Assembly (NCBI GenBank): GCA_012026655.1
Contig: JAAILG010001094.1
Coordinates: 1 to 64,000, forward strand
Source of the DNA: Hydrolagus affinis
Lineage: Eukaryota
DNA: 64,000 bases
Direction of reading: 5' to 3'
Part shown: piece after piece, positions 11,775 through 24,800 of the stretch
Layout: each line of letters begins with the position of its first letter
Numbering within the stretch: position 1 is the stretch's first letter
Notes under the pieces: model-generated
What the model was told of the DNA's origin: nothing
The model's input: the letters and a program-made list of their open reading frames with translations, nothing else
Database searches by the model: none
Position numbers and translations under genes: made by a program

Positions 11775-11990
11775 CCCGCAGTCCTTGCCCGACTCCACTG
11801 GCTCCCCATCATCCAGAGGAACCAATTCAAGATCCTTAAAGCCATCCACAACCTCACCCCACCCTACATCTGTGACCTCCTATCCCCTTGCCAACCTGCC
11901 TGCCCAGTCCGCTCAGCAGGCTCTGGCCTGCTCCACGTCCCTCGATCCACCCGCCCACCATTGGCGGGTTACATGGAGAGCCTTTAGCAA
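11775..11990 (+). mobile_element. L2 LINE fragment (RT C-terminal region)
   Basis: Translates [36 protein letters not shown], a typical L2 ORF2 C-terminal motif. Confidence 0.85.
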
Positions 11991-12654
11991 TACATGATTA
12001 TAATGGAAAGAAATCTCATTGCCAAAGCTAGCACATGTAGCGCTGGTCAGAATTTCAGCCCCATATAGATTCACTACCACACAATACCACATTGCACAGC
12101 ATAGATATACACTGAGTTATTAGAGGAGCTCGATACTGCTTATTAATAGCCGTAGCCTGACACTAAGCACTCCTGGCCCACTGATATTCACGGAGTCTCA
12201 CCTGCTGATTCTCCTTCTGTTTTTATCAGGAAATCCACTGCTTCCAGCAATTGTGTGGTAATCAGAGGCAACATAAGGAGCATCGCAATGGGTTATAAGC
12301 TGGTCCTCTATAAATCATTAAAAGCTTGATGATTTTAATGTTGCTGTTTGTATGCTCTGTGTGAGCTATTGCTGGGTGTGGAGTGTGGGCAGACCTGTAC
12401 CGAATGGTTGTGCACTGTAACAGAAATCGCAAGTGCGGTTGCAAACCACTACCAATTGCAGTTAAAATGGAGAGGAAATTGCTAGTCATAATTATCCCAT
12501 CACATGCCTCATTTTCTCCTATATTATCTCTAAACAGTCAGGCAAAATATGTTTACAGCTAGATCATTATTTTGCAACAGTGATAGACAGATAACATCAT
12601 TGTAAATGACACCTTTGGTAATAATTCCAGCTGATATATTACAGATAACATTAA

Positions 12655-12915
12655 AATGTCACAAAGCACTTCATCGGAAATTGCTGTCGAGTGCAGTGAC
12701 TGTGTTTGTAGATAAATGTGGTAGCCACTTTGCACAGAGCAATGATCAATATATTCTGGACACTGAGTGAAACTCTTCTTATGTGAAATAGTATCATAGG
12801 ATCTTTAATGTCTGGCTAAATAGGTTGACATATCATCAGTTTTGAGGATAGCCCCTCTGACTGACAAAGCAGCATCCCCAATAGTTCACTGGAGTGTTTG
12901 CTAGCATGTAAGCTT
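12655..12915 (-). mobile_element. Diverged Deu-domain SINE
   Basis: GGATCTTTAATGTC...CTGACAAAGCAGCATCCC...CACTGGAGTGT resembles the reverse complement of the Deu core. Confidence 0.5.
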
Positions 12916-15690
12916 AAACAGTGCCTTGGGCGTCCGCCCGATGTGAAAGGCTCTATACAAATGTAATTTTGTATTGATTGCATTGAATCCATAACTTTCC
13001 AATTTAGATGCAAAAATTCTATTAATAAGGGAAGCTGTCAATGGGTTTAACGCGGCTATCTTCGTTTTTTTTTCTTTTGTGAGCAGTTTTTCTGTTTCTT
13101 AGTACAGTATATCCATTTTACTCTTTTTTTCCTCCCCACCTCATGTTTCTCTTCTCATACTGCCTCTTGTCTTCATGGGATCTCTTTCTCCAACATGTAC
13201 TGTACTGTAATTCACGAAGGTTGGTGTGGGGGATGATGGAACGAGAAGTGTCGGAATACATTTTGTTGCTTCAACACCTATTTTGATCTTTGTTTTGTCA
13301 CATTTCAGACGTTTATCTTTATTTATCGGTTTATTATTTATTAGTTCATTTACCAAAGCAAGATGCAAGTAAGGGGATTGAAGATGGTGGGTGGGGGGGG
13401 AGGATTAAAACACCTGTAATATGTCAAGTGTTTCACTTTATCGAGTGTCTCTCTTCTCATAACAACATGTGCAAAATCAGATTTAGCCAGCCCATTGGGA
13501 GCCTTATTTGTAGGGCAACAAATCAATGCTTTTTTTCCCCCAACCTGGCTCTCACAGGAGGGAGCTGTTCTTTAATAATATGGATCATGTGACCAGACAT
13601 TAAGACTGGATCATCTGGGAATATCAGTACAGGCTGAACATGGGGGAGCAATGAACAGCAGCAGATTTGTGACAGATAATGCATCTTAGACAACTAGACA
13701 GAGGGGAAAGGAGGGAAAGGAAAATAGCCTGAAGCAATCCAATGTCCTGAGGAGGCAGCACCTGCATCAGCTGCATCTTTGTCAGGATTGAGGGATACAA
13801 CAGACTGCACAAAGTGGGTGAATTAATAAATGATGCAGAGTGCGAGAGATACACATCACTGAACACCTATGTTTGGAGGGCAGTGGGCTGTTGCTGATTC
13901 AAGACTGGTTCACACTGGCAGCTGGCTGATTTGTAATAGGCATTAGGGAAGATATAAGCGATCCATCGATTTAGTTCTGGGCACCAGCACTCAGGTAATG
14001 AATGCCTATGTCTGTATGTAATGTATCACTTGTGTTATTCGTGTGCATGGAACGGTTCCATCAAACATGGTGTTTACTTTGATCTGTTGATTTTTTTTTC
14101 ACCTGCTATCCTGACATTCCGAACGGTAAAATATTTGCAGAATAAAAGTTATTTTAAAAAATTCATTAGCATAAGACTTCATTGTCAATAATCATGCAAG
14201 CTGAATGATTGAACAATTGCATTGATTTCACTCTGAGAACTGAAGTTTGCTCAGTTTGTAGTACTCTTGCCTCTGGTTCAGATGGTTCTAGGTTCTAACT
14301 CCACACTTGCACTTTACCGGCACCTTGGGACGTCCTCCGAACGTGAAAGGCAATATACAAATGTAATTTGTTGTTGCTATTGTTTGAATTTGGAATATAG
14401 ACTGGATCCAAACAACAATAGCAACAGCCCTCATTTATATGGCACCCTTCATATGGGGTAATGTCTCGGAGCATTTGATGGATGAGAAGTTGCACATATT
14501 AAAATTTTGTTTGGCTGTTCAGGATAATATTCTTTGCATTTAATAGACTGCCAAGAACTTTGAAAAGTCTATTTGTGGCACTTGGGCTACAATATACATA
14601 ATCACTGTACTTGACAGTCTAAGTCACTTTGAGAGATCATCTTGATGTGAAAGGTGTATTATTTTGCATAAGAAAAGATGGTTACAGTGTTGTTCCAAAT
14701 ATAAAGATTATTATATTATTGTAATTCTCAAACTGTTTCTCTTTCCTCCATATCCCTTATGAACCATTATTTCCCAAATATCGTATCTCTCATTCTCTTA
14801 AACATCTCAATTGAATCTTGTCTTTAAGACTGTACTTTCCATATTCTCAATCATTTGTAAACAAATGTTTCCTGTTACACTTATAACTGTCTTAGTTCTA
14901 ATTTTAACACAATTGTGAGCCGAATCATATAAATTTTATTTTAATCTAGGGTGGAACTGAGACTTCCTTTTATAACTACAATTTAACAAAGCTGATTCAA
15001 AGTATTAGATTGACTAAAAATTGTGTTTTAGAACTCATTTAAGAAATAGCTGGACGGGGAGGATGGTAGAGTAGGTATTCTGGAAGGATGGGATCAAATG
15101 TTGCTTCTTCAGCTAAACGTGTCTTGTGGTCTTATAATTACACTTCCTGGCTCTATTTTTGTTCAGGCTGCTTCACACCAGCCACTTGCTCTGACCTCAC
15201 CATCACTAGTCGAGTATTTAGCCACTCTGCACCCACTCCTTTGACTACCATCCTGGGCTTCCTCCATCTTCTCCCCTCTCTTTCCACCTTAAAACCTATC
15301 TCTTTGATGAGGCTTTCAGCCACCTTATCTCTTTTTTTCTCAGCTCCCCCTTTCCCCCTTTTCAGTTGTGTGAAGTGCTTTGAACCATACTCCTGACATG
15401 AAAGGCGCTATGTAAATCTAAATTATTGTTGTTGTTTTTCAAAGTTATGATGCCGAGCTTCAATATTTCATATTTTGAAATATTTGCAAAGCAATATTTT
15501 GCTATTAGGAAATACTGTACATGGCTGTCCTATGTTTACATGAGTGATGACAATCAACATTTTATTTTGGGTCTGAAGGCTTAAAATGTATTTTTCTTGC
15601 ATTTCCTGCTAGTGAATCTATACTGTTCGATACCTGTATATCTGACCACGTCTTTCAAAAAGTTTCAAGAATTAACAGATCAATCATTAA

Positions 15691-16047
15691 GGGGAGTCCT
15701 GCAGCTTAGTGGTTGGAGCGCTTGTCGCGCATGCAAGAGGATCTGGGTTCGATTCCTGGGCTGGGTGAAATATTGGGCAGGTTTCCTTATTCCACATGCC
15801 TTTGCAGTAATTAGGAACCCAATTTGGGTTCTGAAGATTGGTAGATTGCTTTTCCGGAGGTAATAGTCCCTTAAAAAAATAATAATAACATTTGCTCAAT
15901 CCACGACTGTTTGTGGGACATTGCTGTGCACAATTGGCTGCCACAATTTGCCCATAAAAAATAGGCAATTCAGTTTACAGTATATTCTGTGAAGCACTTT
16001 GAGATGTCTCGAAGACATGATGAGCTGCTATATAATAATAATAATAA
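15691..16047 (+). mobile_element. Young SINE, long variant
   Basis: tRNA head with B box GGTTCGATTCC, extra central segment (GCAGTAATTAGGAACCC...), family body and tail. Confidence 0.85.
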
Positions 16048-16328
16048 CCGTTGCAGTTGATGTAGCACTTTTCACCTCTTCTAGACGTCTCAAAGCGCTT
16101 CACAGAATATACTGCAAACTGAATTGATTGTATATATGTGGGCAAAAGGCAGCAGCCAATTGTGCACAGCAGTGTCCCATAAACAGTCATGGATTGAAAT
16201 GACCAATTTTTTGTTTGAGGGATTGTTATTAGGCATGTGGAGTAAGGAAATGTGCCCAAAGTTTCGTCCTGACTGGAATTGAACCCAGGTCTCTCGCTTG
16301 TAAAGTGAGTGCTCTAACCACTGAGTTA
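16035..16328 (-). mobile_element. Young SINE, inverted tail-to-tail with the previous copy
   Basis: Near full-length reverse complement of the family consensus. Confidence 0.85.
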
Positions 16329-17386
16329 TCAAATGCAAGGATTATTATTATTAGACTCTGATCATTCTTTTAAAAAACTGCAACATGGAAAGCATGGAAG
16401 CATTGGAATGTGAGGACAAAAATATTAACTATATTGGTTCTCTGTTCTGGTCTAAATGGTAGCAATTTAAAGGGAATCCTGAATAAAAATCATATTGACT
16501 TATTATATTGTTATATCAAATGCAGGATTAGTATTTTTGTATTGAGCCTCCAGAGATCAGAGGGTAAAACCTTTTCCCTTTGCACTTATAACAAACAGTT
16601 AGAACAATATTGAACCCTTTGGAGGCAGATGTATTTAGAGGGTAAAATGTAATATTCGCATAAAATAAAAAGCAGATAATCAATTGTTCAAGTTGTGGTT
16701 TGAAAGTAGAAAAGCCTATAGCTATGTTAATTGTAACAATTGTTTTGAACAATCTCACAACTCTGCATTACTTGTGACTGGTGTTTAAACACCATTATTT
16801 ATTTAGTGGTGAGAATCGATGTATCTTTGTTATGCGCTAAATATGTACCAGATAGTGTTTCATGTGAGAGTACGCAAGTGTTCATAATCCAAAGTGTCCT
16901 GTTCAGTGGAATAAGGGTAAAATTTGTGTTCGTCAATTGGCACTAATTTTATGGTGCTTTGTACTCTTTAAATTCATAGCAGCTTATGAGGTCATAAAGT
17001 ACTGGTGCAAACCAGCTTTCAGAAACCTGACAGTGATGTTAGGTTTGTTACCCAGTAAGCAGTTACTATATCTTGTTTCTGATATTACATTACGGGATGG
17101 TGGTTATGTGCAATTTTCTGGTTTAACATTGCTGTATGAAAAGCTGCCTGAGAAAGCCCTGTTTTCTGCCATTGAACACCCTTTTCTCTGTGCATTGCCT
17201 GCTCTCAAAAGCCTCTTCGTTAAAGGGGATGTGTACATTGATGAATCAATGGCAATGACCACTTGCATTCAAATAGGGCTTTTCCTGTTAGGAAAATGCT
17301 TCTGAATATGGAGTGGGAACCTATGCAGTGGCAAGGAGATTGGGGGCCAACAGCAGTTAAAGAGATAAGCATCTAGATGAGTTATT

Positions 17387-17538
17387 GACTGTTTGTGGGA
17401 CACTGCTGTGCGCAATTGACTGCTGCATTTCGCCCACAAATATACAGCCAGTTCACTTTACAGTATATTCCATGAAACGCTTTGAGACGTCTAGAAGATG
17501 TGAAAAGTGCTACATCAAATGCAAGGATTATTATTATA
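17387..17538 (+). mobile_element. 3' half of young SINE
   Basis: Family body and tail. Confidence 0.8.
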
Positions 17539-20092
17539 ATGCACTGATCTTGTGACTAAACAAGAACAAAACATTTTTTAATGTGTCGCCTGAAACATGA
17601 ATCTTATTTTTAACTTTTTGTTTCCTTGGCACATCGTTGGGTTTACTACCTTGTGTTCCAATTGAATAAGAGCAAACTGCACTATTCCTTCGGGCTCTGT
17701 AGTTAGCCAAAACGTGTAATCTGTTTTAATACCCAGTTAATTGGTATTAATCCAAAACAGAAAGCAGTGAAATCTGTAAATTAGAATTTTACATACCTTA
17801 TTAGAGTGCTGAAAGACATTAGATCGCTGTATAAATGCAAGTTGTTCTGGTAGCTTATTATAAACACAAGGCATGGCTTCGCCTTTCAACTCAGACTCAA
17901 AGATGAAAATATCAGAAAAAAAATTGTGGATTAGTCTTAAATGGAAAGTCTTTTCTCCATAATTCTTCACTTTGTGGGGCACTTGTCTTCACTGCTCAGT
18001 TTTTTTCCTCTCTTTATCAGGTATGTACTGTATTATAGATATTATGAAGAATGGCATACTGTACATCTATATCTTAGTATTTTTCACAGCTGTAACATAA
18101 TGAAAGGTTCAGATGATGTTAGCAAACTGCAGGAACTTTATAGTTTATATCATTATATCATCACAATTCCTCAATGTGTTGGGCAGATATCTGGGGCAGT
18201 AGGCACATTTGGTTGGAGCATTGAGAATTGAACATCAGGGACATTAATGAACAAGAATATCCAGCAACATGTAGCAAGGATAACAATATTAATTCTTGCA
18301 TTTGACATATTGCCTTATCACATTATTGAGACAGCCCAAAACATTTACAATGCTTGCATTTGATAATCCTTGCATTTGATATAATGCAAGATGCTTTTCA
18401 CATCTTCTAGATGTTTCAAAGCACTTCACAGAATATACTGCAAAGTGAATTGACTGTATATATTTGGGCGATTAAGTCTTCACAGAATAAATTATAAAAC
18501 TGTATTTTATGGGCAACACATGGCAGCCCACCACACATAACAATGTCCCACAAATGGTTGTGAGTGACTCCATTTATTTTAGGGATTATTACCTCCTAGA
18601 AAGCGATCTGCCAATTGATTAACAACCAGGTTCCTACTTCAATGCTGGGTAAACAGAGGTGGGTAGAGTAAGGAAATTAGTCTAAGGTTTCGCCGCGCTT
18701 GCGAATCAAACTTTGGTCTTCTAGTTCACTAAACATTATGCTATAGGACTTCACGTAGGATATTGAGGATTGGGCATCAGGGAAGTTGAGGATTGGGCAT
18801 CAAAAGCATGTACCCGAGGGAGAATAAAGAAAACATTGGAAGAGCTTTGTTAATGTGTTAATATTGTGGGGTGTATTCACTCTTGTTTATGTAGGATTTG
18901 CAGAAAGCATAATTGGTTAGACAATGCTTCTCATTTGTTCCCATGGGAACATGGAACAATCATAATTAAACTGCTCTCTTGCGTCAGGATCGGAAGGAGA
19001 AAAATCTCCCACAGGGTTTGGTGTGATGTTGATGTACTGGTTATTGAAAAGATTAATCCAGCCTGGTGTTGAAAGCTCTGTGTTTGGTTGCAGTGGAGGT
19101 TTGTGTAGGTTTTCATTGAAGTGCAAGGTTACGTCTGGGCAATAGGGAGAGTACTAAGCTCACCACTTTTAAAATAACTTTTAAAAGACTTAAACTCGGC
19201 ACTATCACAAGAAGAGTTCAATAATATTTTTTCACACTGAAGGTTATTATTGCCCAGTTAACAAGGGATAAATTTTGCCTATAAGTTAACATATACAATA
19301 AAATCCACTTTACAGTATATTCTGTCACCATCATAATATGAAATATCAATCTGCAAAAGCATGGTGCACGTGGGCATTAAGACTGAAGCCCAGATCAACT
19401 TTCAGGTCACACTCTCTGGGATTCAGTGAGAAGCGTTCATCTCTCTGGGAAAAGAGTGTGCACTCCATACCAGACAAAGCCAAATTTATATGTGCAACTC
19501 TTGGTAGCTTGGTTTGAATACTTTTAAACGTGGGTTCCTGCTTGTTCTTGCGTCCTTCAAGACCCATTCAAGTCCCTCCTCATCAACCATGTTTTCGATT
19601 AATCTCCTTCTCTTCTCTGCCCCCAACCCTCTGAAATCCCTATCCCCAGCTCGGGTCTGCAATACTGTCTGTTCAGCGCCTGAGACGTCCTCCTGATGTG
19701 AAAGGTGCTACACAAATGTAATTTTGTTGTTGTTGTTGTAGTATCAGGCAACCGATTGACCCTCGAAAAGTCCATCCCTGTATAATTGTATCCCCATTTC
19801 TCAGCTCACTTACAACCACCACATCCCACCTCACCCCACCCCACCCCACCCCACTCCGCACAGACAGCCTGAGACAGCACTCAAGTGTGTGAAATGTATC
19901 CTCCTGACACAAAAGGCTCTGTATAAATGTTAAAAAAAATCTTTTTTTTATATAGGAAAAAATAATTTATTACATGCGCATGATCTTCGGAGTGGGAAGA
20001 TGCTTAATAACCTTCAAAGGATTTTCCTGTGAGAGGTTTTGGTGCCTGTGATGTGAACGTGAATTGCTGAGCGAGGGAACCAAACCCCAGCC

Positions 20093-20147
20093 ATGGGGTG
20101 TGGCACATCAATCAACACTGAGAAACAGGCCAAGAAATCTGAGAAAG
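20093..20147 (+). CDS. PPEF1: PPEF1 coding exon 1
   Basis: gccATGG Kozak context. [18 protein letters not shown], donor G|gtgagt. Confidence 0.88.
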
Positions 20148-21847
20148 GTGAGTACATGGAGGTTCTGTGCCACCAGTCATATACCCATCCCAATCAGTAA
20201 TATTAAAGCAGTAATCTTAAGGCTGAATCCATGTAGATTTAATGTGGAACTCTTAATAGTACAATGGCTGGTGATTCATACGACTGCTTATGTAACACTA
20301 AAGAAAATCTGTAACCAGGTTCTTTGACTTAATGAAACAAAAACAATAACAACAAAATTACATTTCTAGAGCTCCTTTCACGTTGGGAGGATGTCCCAAA
20401 ATACTGAACAGTCAGGTCGGGATCCGAGCACCTGGCAGGGGCAGGATAGGAGGGATGGGAAGGAGAGATTTGGGAGGGCAGCAGAAGGCACGATCGAAGA
20501 GGAGGGTCTGGAGACCGGGCTTGAAGGAGGCAAGGGAGGAAGCAAGGCAAAGGGACTGTGGGATGGAGTTCCAGAGTGTGGGAACAGAGAGGCTGAAAGC
20601 TCGTCCACCGATGATAGGGCAGGTCGGGCGGGAGACATGGAGCAGACCAGAACCCGCTGAACGGAGGGGCGGGCAGGTTCATAGGGGGACAGTAGGTCAG
20701 AGAGATAGGATGGGGCAAGTCCGTGAATGGCCTTGAAAGTGAGGATGAGGATCTTGAATTCGATCCTCTGGGGGATGAGGAGCCAATGGAGCCAGGCAAG
20801 GGTGGGAGAGATGTGATCGCGAAGGGTTTGACAAAGGGTCATGAACCCGAAACATTGACTCACTTTTCCTGAACTGCTGAGTGTTCCCAGCTACTTCTGT
20901 TTATGTTTTAGATTTCCAGCATCTGCAGTATTTTGCGTTTTTCTTTGACTTAATGAATTTACCCAGCTACGATTGACCTCAAGATTAGCCTTTTGGTGTG
21001 AGAGTGTAATAACTAGACAGGGTTCCTGCTCTTGGACTGCTATCTAATGATCCCTGATTGGAAGTGTGTGTTTGGTTTGTGAGGACAATGGCAGCTCAGT
21101 TGTGACTACCCTATGACCTGCAGACATTCACAATCTATAAATAAGCTTATTCAGTAAACAATGGTGTCACGATACAACCCTTCAAGTAAGGGGAGAAAAC
21201 ACTACAACACACAAAAAAACTTCATCTTATCTTTCTAACTTGATTTCTGCTTCTCTCCTCTCAGTACAAGGAAATATGCCACTGGGTTTAACTCATTTCC
21301 CTTTTCCCTCTTCACTGAAGTCTAACTTTACACTCTTGCAAATAATTTTGTTCAGTTACTCCTCACGCAGACAAGTTGACTCACACTTCACGTGCCTTTG
21401 CAGGTAAGAACTTGACCTGTCTATCTTTGTCTGATGTGAATCACATTCTTGCAGTACAAAACAACAGTGACATTCCAAATATTAATCGCCATCTTATTTC
21501 TCTGTATTCCTTTACAATAAATTGGTACAATTTTTCTGTTTTGTTAATTCTTCCTCCCTTTAAGAACGTATCAGCCTCTGCCCTTTTCCCAAGCACACAT
21601 ACTCTCATGATAGCAGAAATAAACCTGCTCCCAGACATCTGGTAATTCCACCCACTAACCAGCTAGCAGATGGCATGTTTTACCCTACCTCTGCAGTATT
21701 CTCAAGCCATTTTCTGTGGCAAATACTTTTGACTCTTCCAACAAGAACTTGCATTTATGTAGCATCCTTCGTGCCAGATGGCATCTTGGAACACTTATTA
21801 TTATAAAAATAATCCTTGTGTTCGGTCTACCGCACTGGTTCCCAACT

Positions 21848-21880
<33 letters not shown>

Positions 21881-24800
21881 GGGTCCTCCTGACCTTTAGT
21901 GTGCGACTGAAGCGAAGCTCAGCCAAGACAATATCTCCTTCTCTTTTGTAGACTCAGCGCATCTCGCTAGTACGGTCTTTCATACAAATTGGTCGGCGGT
22001 GTCGCCTCGGGCACTTTTCAGGATTAAAAAAGAAAAAATATATTTTCGAGACCCTGCTGAGGACCCCCACGATCCTGATTTAGGTCGGGACCCGAGGTTG
22101 GAAACCGCTGGTCTAGTGCCTTACCACCTCAACCAATTGTACTCATTGTTGCTTAATATGCCCGTTCTCATCATGGGACATGTAAATACAAAACAAAAAT
22201 GTGCAAGTTCGGAAAAGGCTTGTTCCAGCAACACTGCTTCTTACTACAACAACAACAACTTGAATGTATATGTTGTCCTTCATGTGGGGTAGTGACATGG
22301 TTAACACGTGCATAGTTCGACCCTCAGCTGGGGGATAAAATGGAGGTAACCATAGGCATGGTCGAAGAGGAATGTCTTTAGGTGTGATCTGAAGATGGGC
22401 AAAAAGCGGCAAGATGGAGGGATTGATCAGTACCATCAGGGTTCTGGTGGGTTGACACAGCCCTTAATATTTTGCGATCAATGCATGCTCCCCTGGAGAG
22501 AGGTGATCAGTGTCTCTCTGGGAGTTTAGCTGGAAAAAAACCATAATAATAATAATCCTTGCATTTGATATAGAGCTTTGCAAGTCTTCCAGACGTCTCA
22601 AAGTCTTCACAGAATATGCTGTAAAGTGAATTGACTGTAGATATGCGGGCGAAATGCGGCAGGCAATTGCACAGAGCTGTGACCCACAAACAGTCGTGGA
22701 TCGAAGTGACCAATTTTTTTTAGAGGGATTATTATCAGGCATGTGGAGAAAGGAAATTTGCCCAAGGTTTCGCCCTTACCTGCCTGGAATCGAACCCAGG
22801 TCTCTCACTTGTAAGGTGAGCGCTCTAACCACTGAGCTACAGGACTCCACATAGGCCTTTAGCAATCTAAGGCAAACTGGGTTAGGACAAGTCACATGCA
22901 ACCACTCTTAGCACAGAAAAAATCTAAGATTTCTTCACAGATAATTGCAAGTAATATAACCAAGTATCAAGGACAACACTTAGAAATGTAAGGCTTTGAG
23001 AATGACTGTCAATTCTCCCATGCAAACTTGAAAATTAGAGTAATCAATTTGACCTAATCATCAATAAATTCAAGTGCGTATCATCCTTGTGAAGTATCAG
23101 GTCAGACCTTAAGCTTTGTGAGCCAATTATGCCAATTGCCTTGTCTCCCTTTCAGATGTTGGTATCAGCAAATGATGACTATCAATGTTTTAAACACTTC
23201 AGAACAAAAGAGTAGAATTTTGTAGAACATTGGGACTATCAGGATTGAACACTGTATGATAAAAGTAAGAATAATCCTTGCGTTTGAAATAGCGTTAATC
23301 ACATGGCGAACAATATTTTGTGCGCACAACTGACATTATCGATTGATATTTTCTCAATCCATTTACTTTGTGAATACAATTTTTCAAAATAATTTTAAAG
23401 AATAAATTATACTTATTCAGCTTCTGTGATATAATTGAGCTTAGTTCCCCAGTGCTCCCCAGTGCTGCGGAGAGGGCAATCAATCACTGAGCAGCTCTAC
23501 AGTATCTTCCAGTGGGAGGAAGGATAATTGGAGTGGCAGAGTGCCACCTAATTGATCTCTTTCACCATCTGGTGGCTAGATAGTGAGGTGCACGAACTAG
23601 ACCAGTATAAACCTGCTTGCTCACTTTCTTCCAAACACCAAATCAGGTAAAATTGGATACAAATCCTGTATTAACAGTGGGATCTTACCGGAATAACCCA
23701 CAACAATAAAGCATAACAGAACATGTTCTGCAAATGTACGAAAGTGGAACTTTTAAGAATAAATAAATAAAGTTGAATAAGTGGATGTGCGAGAAAACTG
23801 ATGAATTATAGCTACACTCTAGCATTTCATGTCAGGCTTCATTAATTAATTGAATGTATGTCCTTATGATTATTAGAGCAGGATTGGAGGACCCAGGCTA
23901 CAGCAAAGGCAAGGCAGAGATTTGACGGGATCAAGAATTCCCTCGTTCCAACAACAACTTCGATTTATATAGCGCCCTCCATGCCGGACAGCGTCTTAGA
24001 GCGCTTCGCAATAGCGGATCCCGGGACCGAGCCAGGGGCAGGGGTAGAAAGGTGACCAAAGGCGCGGTCGAAGAGAAAGGTCTTTAGCTGGGAGGTAGTG
24101 AGGAAGGGAACTCCAGAGCCTCGGGTAGTAGTGGCTGAAGGCCCGGCCGCCGAGGATGGAGCAGAGGAATCGGGGGACATGGAGGAGGCCAGACCCAGTG
24201 GAGCAAAGGCAACGGGAGCTGGTTTAAGGAGAGAGGAGGTCAGAGAGGTAGGGGGGGTGCAGAGGAGTGGAGGGATTTGAAAACATGGGTGATCTTGAAG
24301 GGATCTTGAAGTCGATCCTCTCGGGGATAGGGAGCCAGTGAAGTCTGGCAAGGACTGGAGTAATGGGGGAGCGAAGTTTGGTGCGGGTGAGTATGTGGGC
24401 GGCAGAGTTTTGGATGAGTGGATTTTATGGATTGTGGTGGAGGGGAGACCGGTGAGGAGGGCATTTGAAAAGTCCAACCGTGAAGTGACGAAGGCGTGTA
24501 CCAAGGTTTCAGTGGCTTTTGGGGTGAGGTATTGACAGAGATGGGCGATCCGTCGGCGGTGGAAGAAGGCGGTGTTGGTGAGGGAAGTTCCATAGTGGGA
24601 TGAGTGAAGATTATAAAGAATGTATAGCACAGAAAAAAAAACACTCGAGCCAACTAGTCTGTGCTGGTGTTTACACTCCACACAAGTCTGCCACCATTTC
24701 TTACCCCCTCCCATTCTCCAGACCATCACCCACCATCTCTACTTGGTTGGCTCTGGCCTCCTGCATGTCTCTCGTCCCCTTTAACTCTGGAACTCTCTCC

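Noticed and set aside
16937-17305. 122-aa ORF with a hydrophobic N-terminus
   Set aside because: Non-ATG start, no recognisable domain and no consistent exon structure.
18763-18802. 17-bp direct repeat TTGAGGATTGGGCATCA
   Set aside because: Local tandem duplication with a 6-nt spacer and no further structure.
23965-24729. 254-aa ORF and other long ORFs at 20329-20863, 35736-36096, 38238-38634 and 47365-48228
   Set aside because: These are frameshifted L2 LINE remnants or their antisense frames, not host genes.
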